64,000 nt of DNA. It comes from an uncultured delta proteobacterium (GTDB lineage Bacteria > Desulfobacterota > BSN033 > UBA1163). The stretch covers positions 704,001-768,000 of the forward strand of contig CAVPSJ010000004.1 in assembly GCA_963708295.1 (NCBI GenBank). The letters are read 5' to 3'. The translations under genes and the position numbers were made by a program. The notes below the pieces were generated by a model. It did not search any database. It was not told where the DNA came from and was given only the letters and a program-made list of their open reading frames with translations. Below, one piece after another: positions 51,243 to 62,615 of the stretch (its first letter is position 1; the number at the start of each line of letters is the position of its first letter).

Positions 51243-51991
51243 TCATCATTCCTGCTGTGGACCTGAAAGAGGGGAGATGCGTCAGGCTTTCTCAAGGCAG
51301 AATGGATCAGGAATCGGTTTATTCAGACCATCCGGTGGAGATGGCCAGGCACTGGGAGTCAAAGGGGGCAGAGAGACTTCATTTGGTAGATCTGAACGGA
51401 GCCGTGATGGGAGAACCCGTTCACCGCTCTTTAATCAAAGAGATCGCCCAGTCCCTTCGGATTCCGATAGAGGTGGGCGGAGGCATTCGTAATCTCTCCA
51501 CCATCGAGGACTATCTCTCTTCAGGAGTGAGATGGGTTATTTTAGGAACAGCCGCTTTTCAAAATCGTTCGTTCGTTGAGGAGGCTTGTCGACAATTTCC
51601 TGGAAGGATAATCGTTGGAATTGATGCCAGAGGAGGAAGGGTGGCGATCCGGGGCTGGAAGGAGGTGGTCTCCTTAGACGCCGGTGACCTGGCAAAACAG
51701 TTTGAAGAGAAGGGGATCTCAGCGATCATATTTACCGATATCGAAAGAGATGGGATGAGCACAGGTTTAAACCTTGAGTCAACCCGAAGACTGTCCACGT
51801 CCACTTCGATCCCGGTAATTGCCTCGGGAGGAGTGTCCCGAATCGAGGACATTGAGCATCTCCTGGAGTTGGAATCGGAGGGAGTCGTTGGGGTGATTGT
51901 CGGTCGGGCTCTCTATACAGGGCTCCTCAAATTAGAGGAAGCCATACGAGTATCAAAATTCCCTTTGGGAAGCACCAAATCCCCTGCCTAA
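51239..51991 (+). CDS. hisA: ProFAR isomerase HisA
   Basis: IIPAVDLKEGRCVRL, HLVDLNGA, VGGGIR, TDIERDG, ASGG. Confidence 0.96.
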   Translation: MIIIPAVDLKEGRCVRLSQGRMDQESVYSDHPVEMARHWESKGAERLHLVDLNGAVMGEPVHRSLIKEIAQSLRIPIEVGGGIRNLSTIEDYLSSGVRWVILGTAAFQNRSFVEEACRQFPGRIIVGIDARGGRVAIRGWKEVVSLDAGDLAKQFEEKGISAIIFTDIERDGMSTGLNLESTRRLSTSTSIPVIASGGVSRIEDIEHLLELESEGVVGVIVGRALYTGLLKLEEAIRVSKFPLGSTKSPA

Positions 51992-51999
51992 CGGCAGGC

Positions 52000-52132
52000 A
52001 CCAAATTCCAAATAAGCTCCAATGACCAAAATTCAAATTTCCATACCCCGCACCTTTTTCATCTCCCTATGGTCATTTGGATTTGGGGATTAGGATTTGT
52101 TTGGGATTTGGAATCTGTAATTTGGAATTTGA
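52000..52132. repeat. Heptamer-periodic imperfect palindrome between hisA and hisF
   Basis: ACCAAATTCCAAATAAGCTCCAATGACCAAA ... TGGTCATTTGG...TTTGGGATTTGGAATCTGTAATTTGGAATTT. Confidence 0.75.
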
Positions 52133-52193
52133 ATCATTCGAACCCTGTCTGGTTTCTCCATGAAACACGGGGTTTAGGAACGTGAAGACGTAC

Positions 52194-52949
52194 ATGCTGG
52201 CGAAAAGAATTATCCCCTGTCTGGATGTGAAGAGCGGGAGGGTGGTGAAAGGGACTCAGTTCGTAGACCTGAAGGATGCCGGAGATCCGGTTCAGATTGC
52301 AAAGGTGTACGACGAACAGGGTGCGGATGAGATTGCCTTCTTAGATATTACGGCTTCGTATGAGGAGAGGGACATTCTCATTGATGTCGTCCGAAGGACA
52401 GCAGAGGAAATCTTTATCCCCCTCACCGTCGGCGGTGGTATCAGACGATTGGAGGATATCCGGAGACTTCTTAACGCTGGAGCTGATAAGATATCGATCA
52501 ATACGGCAGCCGTGAAGGATCCGCATTTCGTAGAGAGGGCCTCAAAACGTTTTGGGAGCCAATGTATTGTCATTGCTATTGATGCAAAACGAAATGGGGC
52601 AAGCTGGGAGGTTTTTACCCATGGGGGGAGAACCTCCACGGGCATCGATGCCGTCCTCTGGGCAAAGCAGATGGAGGAAATGGGGGCAGGGGAGATTTTG
52701 CTGACGAGCATGGATCGGGATGGAACCAAGGATGGCTACGACATCGAATTGACACGAACGATTTCAGAGCAGACGAGTATTCCTGTCATTGCATCAGGGG
52801 GCGTGGGTACTCTGGAGCATCTTTATGAGGGACTGACTTTCGGAAAAGCGGATGCCGTGCTCGCGGCGTCCATTTTCCATTATCGGGAATTTACCATAGG
52901 TCAGGTCAAGTCGTTCTTGAAGGAGAAGGGAGTCGTTGTTCGATTGTAA
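52194..52949 (+). CDS. hisF: Imidazole glycerol phosphate synthase cyclase subunit
   Basis: [39 protein letters not shown]. Confidence 0.97.
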   Translation: MLAKRIIPCLDVKSGRVVKGTQFVDLKDAGDPVQIAKVYDEQGADEIAFLDITASYEERDILIDVVRRTAEEIFIPLTVGGGIRRLEDIRRLLNAGADKISINTAAVKDPHFVERASKRFGSQCIVIAIDAKRNGASWEVFTHGGRTSTGIDAVLWAKQMEEMGAGEILLTSMDRDGTKDGYDIELTRTISEQTSIPVIASGGVGTLEHLYEGLTFGKADAVLAASIFHYREFTIGQVKSFLKEKGVVVRL

Positions 52950-53068
52950 AAAAGGGTTCTAGGGACGAGGGTTCAAGGAGTCAAGCTTAATGAATTTCTA
53001 TTCGCTCGAACCCATGATTCCCTGCCTGCCGGCAGACAGGCTGGAATCCTTGACCCCCTCAATCAAAG

Positions 53069-53511
53069 ATGAAGCATTTCTTCCTCTTCCTTGCCACTGG
53101 CTTCGGAGTCGGATACTCTCCTGTCGCCCCAGGAACGCTGGGAACCCTCATCGCCATTCCTGTCTATTACTTTCTTTCAAATATCCCTGTCCCCGACTCT
53201 ATGAGATCACTCTTGTCGGTTTTTTCTTTCTCTCGGTTTGGATTTCAGAAAATGCCGAAAGATTCTTTGGGAAAAAAGATGATCAGAAGATAGTCATCGA
53301 CGAGATCATAGGCTTTCTCATCACGATGCTCTGGGTTCCCCGAACGCTCCTCTTCGTGATCATCGGATTTTTCCTCTTTCGGTTTTTCGACATTCTTAAA
53401 CCCTTTCCTATCCGTCGGCTCGAGAAAGGATTCAAAGGAGGATTTGGAGTTGTCCTGGACGATGTGGTCGCAGGAGTCTACGGGAATATTATTCTTCATC
53501 TGATATCCTGA
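53069..53511 (+). CDS. pgpA: Phosphatidylglycerophosphatase A (one apparent indel near 53190)
   Basis: PVAPGTLGT, then IVIDEIIG, FRFFDILKPFPI, GVVLDDVVAG. Confidence 0.9.
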
Positions 53512-53646
53512 TAGCGAGGGAGCTATATCCAGATTGCGAGATTACGAATTTGGTCGTGAAGTTATTCGTGATTAGGTCTTCCAATGACCGAATGGGACGG
53601 GATTGACCGGTTTATGGCGACTGAGTACCGACGGTGAGGATAAGCC

Positions 53647-54126
53647 ATGAAATTAGAGAAACTCATCGGAGATCTGTTGAGAGAAAAGGGATGGACGCTT
53701 TCCATTGCGGAGTCCTGTACCGGAGGACTCATATGCGATCGTATCACCGATGTGTCAGGGAGTTCAGACTACTTCATGGGGGGAATGGTAACCTACAGTA
53801 ACGAATCGAAAGAAAAACATTTAGGGATCCCAATGGATGATATAAGGAAATATGGAGCGGTGAGTTCCCAGGTGGCGAGGAAGATGGCGGAAGGAGTTCG
53901 GAAGACTTTCGATACGACGTTTGGGTTATCCACGACAGGGGTAGCAGGGCCAACCGGTGGAACCAAGAGATCCCCGATTGGGCTCGTTTTCATCGGATTG
54001 GCCAATCGCAAAAGGACATGGGTGATAAAACTAAATTTGGAGGGGAATCGCAGGGAGATCAAGAGGAATGCGACCAAGAAGGGGCTTCAGTTTTTCTATG
54101 AAAAAGTGGTTAACTGCAGGTTGTGA
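53647..54126 (+). CDS. cinA: CinA C-terminal domain / NMN deamidase PncC
   Basis: AESCTGG, SGSSDYF, YSNESK, GAVS, TGVAGPTGG. Confidence 0.9.
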   Translation: MKLEKLIGDLLREKGWTLSIAESCTGGLICDRITDVSGSSDYFMGGMVTYSNESKEKHLGIPMDDIRKYGAVSSQVARKMAEGVRKTFDTTFGLSTTGVAGPTGGTKRSPIGLVFIGLANRKRTWVIKLNLEGNRREIKRNATKKGLQFFYEKVVNCRL

Positions 54127-54242
54127 ATCTTTTCCTCTTGAAATTTTATTCTTTTGCCTCATAATAGATAAAACTCCCTCACCCCACATCCTCCCCCGAG
54201 GGGGGAGAATAAGGGTGAGAGGGGCGCGAGGAGGAGGTTGGA

Positions 54243-55268
54243 ATGAAGCTCGAGAGGTTTGAGGGTTGTTGGACGGCAATGGTGACCCCTTTTGACCGAA
54301 AAGGGGAGGTTGATTTTGAGGGGCTCGAAAAGAACGTCCTGTTCCAGAGAGAAAATGGGGCAAATCTTGTTCCCACTGGAACGACGGGCGAGTCTCCTAC
54401 GTTGGACTGGAGAGAGCACGATCGGGTCATTACGAAGACGGTTAAGTTATCAAAAGATAAAGCCTTTGTTATCGCGGGCACAGGTTCAAATTCAACCCGC
54501 GAGGCAATGAGGGGATCGAAACACGCCGTTGAAGTGGGTGCCCAGGGATTACTTCTGGTAGACTGTTATTATAACGGACCCTCCTCTCTGGAGATGAGGA
54601 CCCAGTATTATGAAGTGATTACAAAGGCATTCCGGAAGTCATTCGTTGTGCCTTACGTCATCCCCGCAAGAACAGGGACGAAATTGGAGGTAGAGGACCT
54701 GGCCATTCTTCATCGTAAGTTCAAGAATATGCGATCGGTGAAAGAGGCCACGGGGGATCTGGGGCGGATGGCCAAAACAAGGACACTGTGCGGGGAGGAC
54801 TTCGATATTCTCTCAGGAGATGACGATAAGACCTTTGAAATGATGACACGGGATGACATTCGGGCTTCTGGTGTGATCTCCGTCATGTCGAATATTGTTC
54901 CCGGGCCGGTGGGTGAAATGGTCAAGGCTATACAGACTGGCAATATGGAGAGGGCGAATCGGTTAAGAGATGTTCTCGATCCCCTTTTTAAAGTCGTGAC
55001 AGTCAACACCATCGAATCTTACGAAGGATTTGAGGTTCCGGCCAAGTTTAGAAATCCTCTGGGCATCAAGACCATGATGAAAGGTCTTGGATTACCGTCC
55101 GGGCCGACCCGTCCGCCTCTTGGAAAGATGACCCCTAAAGGGGTGGAAACTGTGAGAAATGCTCTCAAAGAAGTTTATGAAAAGGACAGGGAAGTGTTCA
55201 GGCCACTTCAGGAGTTTTACGGGATCAATATCGAGGACCGGCTCTCAAACGATCGTTATTGGAAGTAA
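54243..55268 (+). CDS. dapA: 4-hydroxy-tetrahydrodipicolinate synthase (divergent DapA)
   Basis: TAMVTPF, GTTGESPTL, YYN, PY.IPARTG, VKEATG, SGDDD. Confidence 0.82.
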   Translation: MKLERFEGCWTAMVTPFDRKGEVDFEGLEKNVLFQRENGANLVPTGTTGESPTLDWREHDRVITKTVKLSKDKAFVIAGTGSNSTREAMRGSKHAVEVGAQGLLLVDCYYNGPSSLEMRTQYYEVITKAFRKSFVVPYVIPARTGTKLEVEDLAILHRKFKNMRSVKEATGDLGRMAKTRTLCGEDFDILSGDDDKTFEMMTRDDIRASGVISVMSNIVPGPVGEMVKAIQTGNMERANRLRDVLDPLFKVVTVNTIESYEGFEVPAKFRNPLGIKTMMKGLGLPSGPTRPPLGKMTPKGVETVRNALKEVYEKDREVFRPLQEFYGINIEDRLSNDRYWK

Positions 55269-55482
55269 CCGGTCGGTAGATCGTATGAATGGCGTGAAGG
55301 GCCTGCCCCAGGAAGAAGGGACAGGCCTTTTTATTAGTACTTACAGGGGCTTTTCTCATTGACTTTTTGAATAGGTATGTTAACATCAAAACACATAACA
55401 ATTCCCCTTTGCCCCCAATGCTATGCAATTATTCGAAGGGTAGGGCGGGCAAGAAGGCTGGGGAATTGCGAGAGGGTTTTGA

Positions 55483-56073
55483 TTGATTCGATCCTTTCTG
55501 GCCATCGAGCTTCCGGGACCGATTCTCACGAAGATCGGGGAGGTCCAGGGAGGCTTGAGATCAAGTCGTGCAGATGTGCGGTGGACGAATCCTGAAACGA
55601 TCCATCTCACTCTTAAATTCTTTGGAAATATTGAAGAGTCGAGAATTGATCCTATCTTCAAATCGATTGAGGAACCCATTCGGAACACTCCACCCTTTTC
55701 TCTCAAAGTCCAAGGAGTAGGGGCCTTCCCCCATTTGAAAAACCCAAGGGTGATCTGGATAGGATTGGTGGACGAGAGGGAAGCCCTGACCTTGCTTCAG
55801 AAGCAAATAGAAACTTATTTGGAAAAAATTGGATTTCAACCCGAAGATCGTCCCTTCCGTCCTCACCTAACCCTGGGAAGGATGAAATCAAGCCGGGGAA
55901 AAGAGGAGTTGGCGGGGAGGATGGAGAGATACAGAGAAGAGGAATTTGGAGATGTTGAGGTGGAGAGGGTGGTCTTATTCAAGAGTGAATTGAGACCTTC
56001 AGGTCCGATTCATACACCCTTAGGAGATGTGAAATTAGGAGGGAGAAACAACTGTAAGGAGATTGGGAGATAA
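55483..56073 (+). CDS. thpR: RNA 2',3'-cyclic phosphodiesterase (2H family)
   Basis: RSFLAI, HLTLKF and PHLTLGR HxT motifs. Confidence 0.9.
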   Translation: MIRSFLAIELPGPILTKIGEVQGGLRSSRADVRWTNPETIHLTLKFFGNIEESRIDPIFKSIEEPIRNTPPFSLKVQGVGAFPHLKNPRVIWIGLVDEREALTLLQKQIETYLEKIGFQPEDRPFRPHLTLGRMKSSRGKEELAGRMERYREEEFGDVEVERVVLFKSELRPSGPIHTPLGDVKLGGRNNCKEIGR

Positions 56074-56155
56074 AGATAAGGAGACACGGAGAAAGATTAC
56101 TTCTCCCCATCTCCCTGTCACCCCGTGATCTCCGTTGCCGGAGGAGGGAGATTCC

Positions 56156-57199
56156 ATGGTAAAAAGTGAAACGAAAGCCGAGATGAAGGTAGATCCTAGC
56201 AAAGGTAAGGCAGTGGAATTAGCCGTCACCCAGATCGAAAGGCAATACGGGAAAGGCGCCATTATGAAATTGGGTGCGGATGCAATGCTCGGAGAGATTC
56301 CAATCATCTCCACAGGATCCCTCTCCTTGGACCTTGCCCTGGGAGTTGGAGGATTGCCCAAAGGACGGGTGGTGGAGATTTTCGGCCCCGAGGCTTCAGG
56401 CAAGACGACATTAGCCCTCCATGTCGTTGCGGAAGCACAGAAGAAAGGAGGCGTTGCTGCTTTCATTGATGCAGAACATGCCTTAGATGTTAAATACGCA
56501 AATAAGTTGGGTGTAAAAATCGACGACCTTCTCATCTCCCAACCCGACACGGGGGAACAGGCATTGGAGATTGCGGAGATCCTGGTTCGGAGCGGCGCCG
56601 TAGATGTGATCGTCGTGGACTCCGTAGCTGCTCTGGTTCCCAAAGCGGAGATTGAAGGGGATATGGGCGATGCCCATATGGGGCTTCAGGCCAGGTTGAT
56701 GTCTCAAGCCCTGAGAAAACTGACTGCCACCATCAGCAAGTCGAATACGATCGTGATCTTCGTCAACCAGATTCGGATGAAAATCGGAATCATGTTCGGA
56801 AATCCGGAGACGACCACCGGAGGCAATGCCCTCAAGTTTTACTCTTCCGTTCGGTTGGATATCCGGCGAATCGCCTCGATCAAACAGGGCCAAGACGTCA
56901 TCGGCAGCCGGACAAAAGTTCGTGTGGTGAAGAACAAAGTGGCCCCCCCGTTCAAGGAGGTGGAGTTCGACCTGATTTACGGAGAGGGCATTTCACGAGA
57001 GGGAGATGTCCTCGACCTGGCCGTGGAAAAGAATATCGTCGAGAAGAGCGGGACTTGGTATGCCTACGGTGGCCAACGCATCGGTCAGGGGAGGGAGAAC
57101 GCAAAGCAGTTCGTTAAAGAGAATCCTAAGGTCCTGGAGCAGATGGAGCAGGAAGTCCTTGAGAACTTCCGCATCGCCAAAGCGGGATCGGCAGGATAG
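56156..57199 (+). CDS. recA: Recombinase RecA
   Basis: [34 protein letters not shown]. Confidence 0.99.
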   Translation: MVKSETKAEMKVDPSKGKAVELAVTQIERQYGKGAIMKLGADAMLGEIPIISTGSLSLDLALGVGGLPKGRVVEIFGPEASGKTTLALHVVAEAQKKGGVAAFIDAEHALDVKYANKLGVKIDDLLISQPDTGEQALEIAEILVRSGAVDVIVVDSVAALVPKAEIEGDMGDAHMGLQARLMSQALRKLTATISKSNTIVIFVNQIRMKIGIMFGNPETTTGGNALKFYSSVRLDIRRIASIKQGQDVIGSRTKVRVVKNKVAPPFKEVEFDLIYGEGISREGDVLDLAVEKNIVEKSGTWYAYGGQRIGQGRENAKQFVKENPKVLEQMEQEVLENFRIAKAGSAG

Positions 57200-57218
57200 A
57201 ACTAGGAAGGAGAAGAAG

Positions 57219-58442
57219 ATGGATTTAAATCAGATCCTTTTGGATGCCCTTTCCCAGGAAGCCTCTGACGTTCACATCAAGGAGGGGGCTCCTCCGATCT
57301 TCAGAGTCAATGGCACCTTGAGACCCTGGAATAAGATCAAACCCTTCGATCATAATGATTTATCCAAGATGGCTTTCGGTTTGATGAACGACTGGCAGAA
57401 AGAGCGGTTTATCAAGAATCGAGAAGTGGATATGGGTTATGAAGTCTACGGCCTGGGACGATTTAGAGTCAATGTCTTCCAGCAGAGAGGAAAGCTCAGG
57501 ATTGCCCTCCGAATTGTGCCGTATCAGATCAAGACGTTGGAGGACCTCCATCTCCCTTCTGTGCTCGCAACCATTTCTTTGGAGCAGAGGGGTCTCATTC
57601 TTGTGACTGGGACGACCGGAAGCGGGAAGTCCACCACCCTGGCCTCGATGATTGATATCATCAACACCGAAAGAAATTGCCACATCATCACCGTTGAGGA
57701 CCCCATCGAATTTGTCCATGAAGACAAGAAAGCGATCATAGACCAAAGGGAGATCGGCTCGGACACAAGCACTTTTTCCAGCGCCTTGCGAGTGGCTCTC
57801 CGGCAGGATCCGGATGTGATCTTAGTCGGTGAGATGAGGGATTTCGAGACGATCGAGACCGCTCTGACCGCTGCCGAGACAGGGCATCTGGTCATGTCCA
57901 CACTTCACACCTTGAATGCCACGGAGACGATCACCCGAATCATCTCGGTCTTTCCCCCCTACCATCAAAAACAAGTTAGGCTTCAGCTCTCGGGTGTCCT
58001 TAAGGGTGTCGTCTCCCAAAGACTGGTGCCGAGGGTAGACGGAATGGGAAGAGTGCCTGCGGTTGAAGTCCTGGTCTCCACGGCAAGAGTGAGGGAGTGC
58101 ATCATCGAAAAGGATAAGACCAATGAGATTAATGACGCGATCGCCCGGGGGCAGACGAGCTACGGGATGCAATCCTTCGATCAGTCCCTGATGTATCTGA
58201 TGAGAGACGGGTTAGTCACTTATGATGAAGCTCTCAAACACTGCACCAATCCGGATGACTTTGCACTGAGGGTGAAGGGAATTCTCGCGGCGAGCGACGC
58301 GGGTTGGGAGGATTTTGAGACGTTAGAGAAAGAGAAGGAGACGGCTAAAGAGAAGGAGAAGGGTGAAGAGAAGAAGTTGAAAGTCGCTAAGCCTTCGGAT
58401 GTCAAAACGGACGGCCGAAGAGGATCAGGTTTGAAGCCATGA
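57219..58442 (+). CDS. pilT: PilT/PilU-family type IV pilus retraction ATPase
   Basis: ASDVHI, RFRVN, TGTTGSGKSTT, EDPIE, LRQDPDVILVGEMRD, GMQSFDQ. Confidence 0.93.
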   Translation: MDLNQILLDALSQEASDVHIKEGAPPIFRVNGTLRPWNKIKPFDHNDLSKMAFGLMNDWQKERFIKNREVDMGYEVYGLGRFRVNVFQQRGKLRIALRIVPYQIKTLEDLHLPSVLATISLEQRGLILVTGTTGSGKSTTLASMIDIINTERNCHIITVEDPIEFVHEDKKAIIDQREIGSDTSTFSSALRVALRQDPDVILVGEMRDFETIETALTAAETGHLVMSTLHTLNATETITRIISVFPPYHQKQVRLQLSGVLKGVVSQRLVPRVDGMGRVPAVEVLVSTARVRECIIEKDKTNEINDAIARGQTSYGMQSFDQSLMYLMRDGLVTYDEALKHCTNPDDFALRVKGILAASDAGWEDFETLEKEKETAKEKEKGEEKKLKVAKPSDVKTDGRRGSGLKP

Positions 58443-61063
58443 CCTCTGACGAGATTCGAAGGGCTTTTCTCAGATTCTTTGAGGAAAGAGGACACCGCGT
58501 CGTTCGAAGCTCCTCATTGGTCCCTCAAAACGACCCCAGCCTGCTTTTTACCAATGCCGGAATGGTCCAATTCAAAAGGGTTTTCTTAGCCGAGGAGACT
58601 CGAGATTACAAAAGGGCCACCACCTCTCAAAAGTGTGTTCGCGCCGGCGGAAAACATAATGATCTGGAGATTGTGGGAAAGACCGCCCGGCACCACACCT
58701 TCTTTGAAATGTTAGGGAACTTCTCCTTCGGGGACTACTTTAAAAAAGAGGCCATTGAGATGGGATGGGACCTCCTCGTCCGCCAATGGGGGTTGCCCGA
58801 GGAGAGGATGTGGGTCACCATCTTCTTGGATGACGATGAGTCCTTTCACCTCTGGAGAAGAATCGGAGTGAGAGGAGAACGGATTGTCCGACTAGGGGAA
58901 AAGGACAACTTCTGGGCCATGGGCGAGACCGGGCCCTGCGGTCCGTGTTCGGAGATCGTGATTGATCAAGGCGAGGGAGTGGGTTGTGGTCGGCCTGACT
59001 GCCGGGTGGGATGTGATTGCGACCGATTCTTAGAACTCTGGAATCTCGTCTTTATGCAATTCAATCGTGATTCAGAGGGTCAACTTCAGCCTCTGGCCAA
59101 ACCCTGTATCGATACCGGGATGGGTCTGGAAAGGATTTCTGCCGTCCTTCAAGGGGTCAAAAGCAACTATGAAACAGACCTCTTCAAACCCCTCTTTAAA
59201 GAGATTGAAGCGTTCAGCCAGATCTCTTATGGACAAGACCCCCGAACCGACATCTCCCTCCGAGTGATCGCCGACCACAGCCGGGCCGCGACATTTCTGA
59301 TCAACGATGGAGTCCTTCCTTCCAACGAAGGCAGGGGATATGTGCTCCGCCGGATCATGAGAAGGGCGATGCGGCACGGGAAGATTCTGGGAATCGGAGG
59401 CCCTTTCCTCTATCGGACTTCTTCGAAAGTCGTGGATCTCATGAAGGAGGCCTATCCTGAGCTGAGGGAGACGGAAGCCTTCGTTTCAAAAGTCATTCAA
59501 AATGAGGAAGGACGTTTCTCTGAGACACTCAATTCGGGGCTGAACATCCTGCGAGAGGAGTTGGAAGGACTTCAGAAGGAAGGCAAGACCGTTCTCTCCG
59601 GAGAAGTGGCCTTCCGCCTTTATGATACTTATGGATTTCCACTTGACCTGACAGTCGAGATCCTTCAAGAGAGAGGGATGAGTTTTGATGAAGAAGGTTT
59701 CAGGGCCCAGATGGAAGAACAGAAGTATAAGAGCAAGCAGGCCTGGCAAGGGATGGGTGAGGGAAAGACGAAGGATGTCTACCGGCGGCTGGCCAACGAA
59801 GGGGTGAAGACGGTCTTCTTGGGATATGAAGAGATTCAAACGGAATCGAAAATTCTGAAGTTGATCAAAGGCGATGAAATCGTTCCTTTTGCGAAGGAAG
59901 GGGACGAAATTGAAGTGGCCGCGGAGAAGACCCCCTTTTATGGGGAAGCGGGAGGTCAGGTCGGGGATCGGGGAGTGATCTTCCATGAGGAATTCTCCTT
60001 GGAAGTGGAGAACACCATCAAACCCGTGGAGGGATTGATCCTTCATCAGGCAAGAGTCAAGAGAGGAGCTGTGAAGGAAGGGATGGAGGCTGTTCTCCAC
60101 GTGGATCCGGGCCGTCGGAAGGCTATTACCTTGAACCATACGGCGACCCATGTCCTTCAGGCGGTATTGAGAGAAGTGTTGGGAGATCATGTCCATCAGG
60201 CGGGATCTCTGGTCGCACCCGATCGGCTGAGATTTGACTTCACTCATTTCGCGGCGATGAACAGGGAAGAACTGGAACGGGTGGAAGCCCTGGTCAATCA
60301 AAAAATTCGAGAGAACCTAAAATTAGAGACGGAAATCATGAACGTAGAGGAAGCTCTCCAGACGGGAGCCATGGCTCTCTTTGGAGAAAAGTACGGGGAG
60401 GAGGTTAGGGTCGTCAAGATCTCGGACTTCAGCATGGAACTATGCGGAGGAACCCACAGCTCGAGGACGGGCGACATTGGCCTTTTTAAGATGGTGAGTG
60501 AGTCGGGCGTCGCGGCAGGGGTGAGAAGGATTGAAGCCCTGACCGGGGATGGGGCCTACCAATTTATTAAAGGAGTAGAGAAAGAACTGTGGGAAATCGC
60601 CTCTTCGGTCAAGTCCGTGCCGGGGGAAGTTTCTTCTAAGATAGAGCGGTTACTCGAGAGGCAGAGAGAGTTGGAAAGAGAGCTCTCGTCCTTTCATGAC
60701 AAGTTATCCTCTCAAGAGCTCGCCAATCTTCTTCCTTTAGTCAGAGAGATAAAAGGCGTAAAAGTCCTTTCGGCGAAGGTGGATGGAAAGGACATCAAGC
60801 GAATGAGAGAATTCGTCGATCAGTTGAAGGGAAAGGTCGGATCGGGTATCATCCTTCTGGGAGGCCACAGCCAGAATAAAGTCTCCCTGCTCTTGGGGGT
60901 GACTTCAGACCTGACCCATCGTTTCAAGGCGAACGATCTGATTAAGAAGATTGCTCTTCATATTGGAGGTACCGGGGGAGGGCGCCCTGATTTTGCGCAG
61001 GCGGGAGGGACGGATCCTGAGAAATTGGATGAGGCACTGAGGACGATTGAGGATCTTATTTGA
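58439..61063 (+). CDS. alaS: Alanine--tRNA ligase
   Basis: LLFTNAGMVQFK, DTGMGLER, NHTATH, ELCGGTH, GGGRPDFAQAGG. Confidence 0.99.
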   Translation: MTSDEIRRAFLRFFEERGHRVVRSSSLVPQNDPSLLFTNAGMVQFKRVFLAEETRDYKRATTSQKCVRAGGKHNDLEIVGKTARHHTFFEMLGNFSFGDYFKKEAIEMGWDLLVRQWGLPEERMWVTIFLDDDESFHLWRRIGVRGERIVRLGEKDNFWAMGETGPCGPCSEIVIDQGEGVGCGRPDCRVGCDCDRFLELWNLVFMQFNRDSEGQLQPLAKPCIDTGMGLERISAVLQGVKSNYETDLFKPLFKEIEAFSQISYGQDPRTDISLRVIADHSRAATFLINDGVLPSNEGRGYVLRRIMRRAMRHGKILGIGGPFLYRTSSKVVDLMKEAYPELRETEAFVSKVIQNEEGRFSETLNSGLNILREELEGLQKEGKTVLSGEVAFRLYDTYGFPLDLTVEILQERGMSFDEEGFRAQMEEQKYKSKQAWQGMGEGKTKDVYRRLANEGVKTVFLGYEEIQTESKILKLIKGDEIVPFAKEGDEIEVAAEKTPFYGEAGGQVGDRGVIFHEEFSLEVENTIKPVEGLILHQARVKRGAVKEGMEAVLHVDPGRRKAITLNHTATHVLQAVLREVLGDHVHQAGSLVAPDRLRFDFTHFAAMNREELERVEALVNQKIRENLKLETEIMNVEEALQTGAMALFGEKYGEEVRVVKISDFSMELCGGTHSSRTGDIGLFKMVSESGVAAGVRRIEALTGDGAYQFIKGVEKELWEIASSVKSVPGEVSSKIERLLERQRELERELSSFHDKLSSQELANLLPLVREIKGVKVLSAKVDGKDIKRMREFVDQLKGKVGSGIILLGGHSQNKVSLLLGVTSDLTHRFKANDLIKKIALHIGGTGGGRPDFAQAGGTDPEKLDEALRTIEDLI

Positions 61064-61164
61064 GTTATCCACTTTGAAATGGAATCCCCCCACTCCCTTC
61101 ACCTCCAAAACTTCGAACTTTCGAATCCTCGAACCCATTCAACCCGGCACGGCCGAAGGGAACC

Positions 61165-62571
61165 ATGACACAGGTGAGAACACGATTTGCACCCAGCCCA
61201 ACGGGCGATCTCCATATCGGAGGGGCACGGACGGCCTTATTCAGTTGGCTTCTGGCCCGCCATTCCCACGGGGTGTTCGTTCTTCGGATTGAAGACACGG
61301 ATGCGGCTCGATCCACCCAAGAGTCGATCCAAGTGATCTTGGATGCCATGACCTGGCTGGGAATGGATTGGGACGAAGGTCCGTTCTATCAGACTCAACG
61401 AATCTCATTCTATCAGCAGGCTGCAGAAAAACTATTGAAGGAAGGCAAGGCATACCCGTGCTACTGTACACCGGAGGAATTGGAGAAGAAGCGGGACGCT
61501 GCGCTGAAGACGGGCATCAAGCCCAAATACGACCGGACTTGCCTTAACCGAAAATCCTTTCCTCCCGGAAGGACCCCTGCCGTCCGCTTCCTCTCCCCGG
61601 ACACAGGGAAAACGGTCGTGGAAGACCTCATTCAAGGCCGGGTGGAATTTGACAATACCGAATTGGATGACCTCATCATCTTAAGAAGCGACGGGCTCCC
61701 CACCTATAACTTTTCGGTGGTCGTGGACGATGCCACGATGGGAATCACTCATGTCATTCGGGGAAATGATCATCTCAACAATACCCCGCGCCAAATTCAG
61801 ATTTATCAAGCCTTGGGGTACCCCCTTCCCCGATTTGGCCATGTCTCGATGATCTTGGGTTCGGATAAGAAAAAACTTTCTAAAAGACATGGGGCCCAGT
61901 CGGTCATGGAATATCAGAAGCTCGGCTATCTCCCTCAGACGGTCGTCAACTACCTGGTCCGCTTGGGATGGGCCTACGGCGACCAGGAAGAGTTCAGCCG
62001 CGAAGAGCTGATCGAGAAGTTCAGCCTGGAGGCAGTGGGAAGATCAGCCGCGGCGATCAACCCCGGGAAGTTGGATTGGCTCAATGCGCAGTATATCAAG
62101 AAAATAGAATTAGAGGAGCTGGTTCAGAGAGCTCGGCCTTTCATCGAAGCCAAAGGGTATTTGAACGTTAACCCAGATCTTCTGAGAAAAGCCATCCTCT
62201 CCCTCAGGGAACGGGTGAAGACCTTAGCAGAGATGGCAGACGTTTCAGAATTTTACTTTTGTGAAGAGATCACTTATGATGAAAAAGCTGCCGCGACATT
62301 TTTGAATCAACAGACCCTATCCATGCTCAATCAGGCGATCCCTTCTTTCTTGGCTGAATCTGTTTTGGAAAAAGAGAGGGTTCATGGTCTGATTCAACAG
62401 CTGGCTGAAACGCGGGGGGAGCCTTTAGTGAAGATCGCCCAACCCATTCGGGTGGCCCTCACCGGGCGAACCGTTAGCCCTCCGATTGATGAGGTGATGG
62501 AAGTCCTGGGCAAAGAAAAGGTGATCCAACGCCTCCGGAAGGCCATCCAATACGTCGAAGGCAGAAGGTAG
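61165..62571 (+). CDS. gltX: Glutamate--tRNA ligase
   Basis: RFAPSPTGDLHIGG (HIGH), KLSKR. Confidence 0.97.
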   Translation: MTQVRTRFAPSPTGDLHIGGARTALFSWLLARHSHGVFVLRIEDTDAARSTQESIQVILDAMTWLGMDWDEGPFYQTQRISFYQQAAEKLLKEGKAYPCYCTPEELEKKRDAALKTGIKPKYDRTCLNRKSFPPGRTPAVRFLSPDTGKTVVEDLIQGRVEFDNTELDDLIILRSDGLPTYNFSVVVDDATMGITHVIRGNDHLNNTPRQIQIYQALGYPLPRFGHVSMILGSDKKKLSKRHGAQSVMEYQKLGYLPQTVVNYLVRLGWAYGDQEEFSREELIEKFSLEAVGRSAAAINPGKLDWLNAQYIKKIELEELVQRARPFIEAKGYLNVNPDLLRKAILSLRERVKTLAEMADVSEFYFCEEITYDEKAAATFLNQQTLSMLNQAIPSFLAESVLEKERVHGLIQQLAETRGEPLVKIAQPIRVALTGRTVSPPIDEVMEVLGKEKVIQRLRKAIQYVEGRR

Positions 62572-62615
62572 AGAGCCACAAGAGAGCGAGGACAAGGGAG
62601 CAGTAAGGGAAACCG

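Noticed and set aside
57006-57218. Long N-terminal extension of pilT overlapping recA
   Set aside because: An ATG at 57219 with an AGGAG RBS gives a normal PilT start; the extension is an open frame by chance
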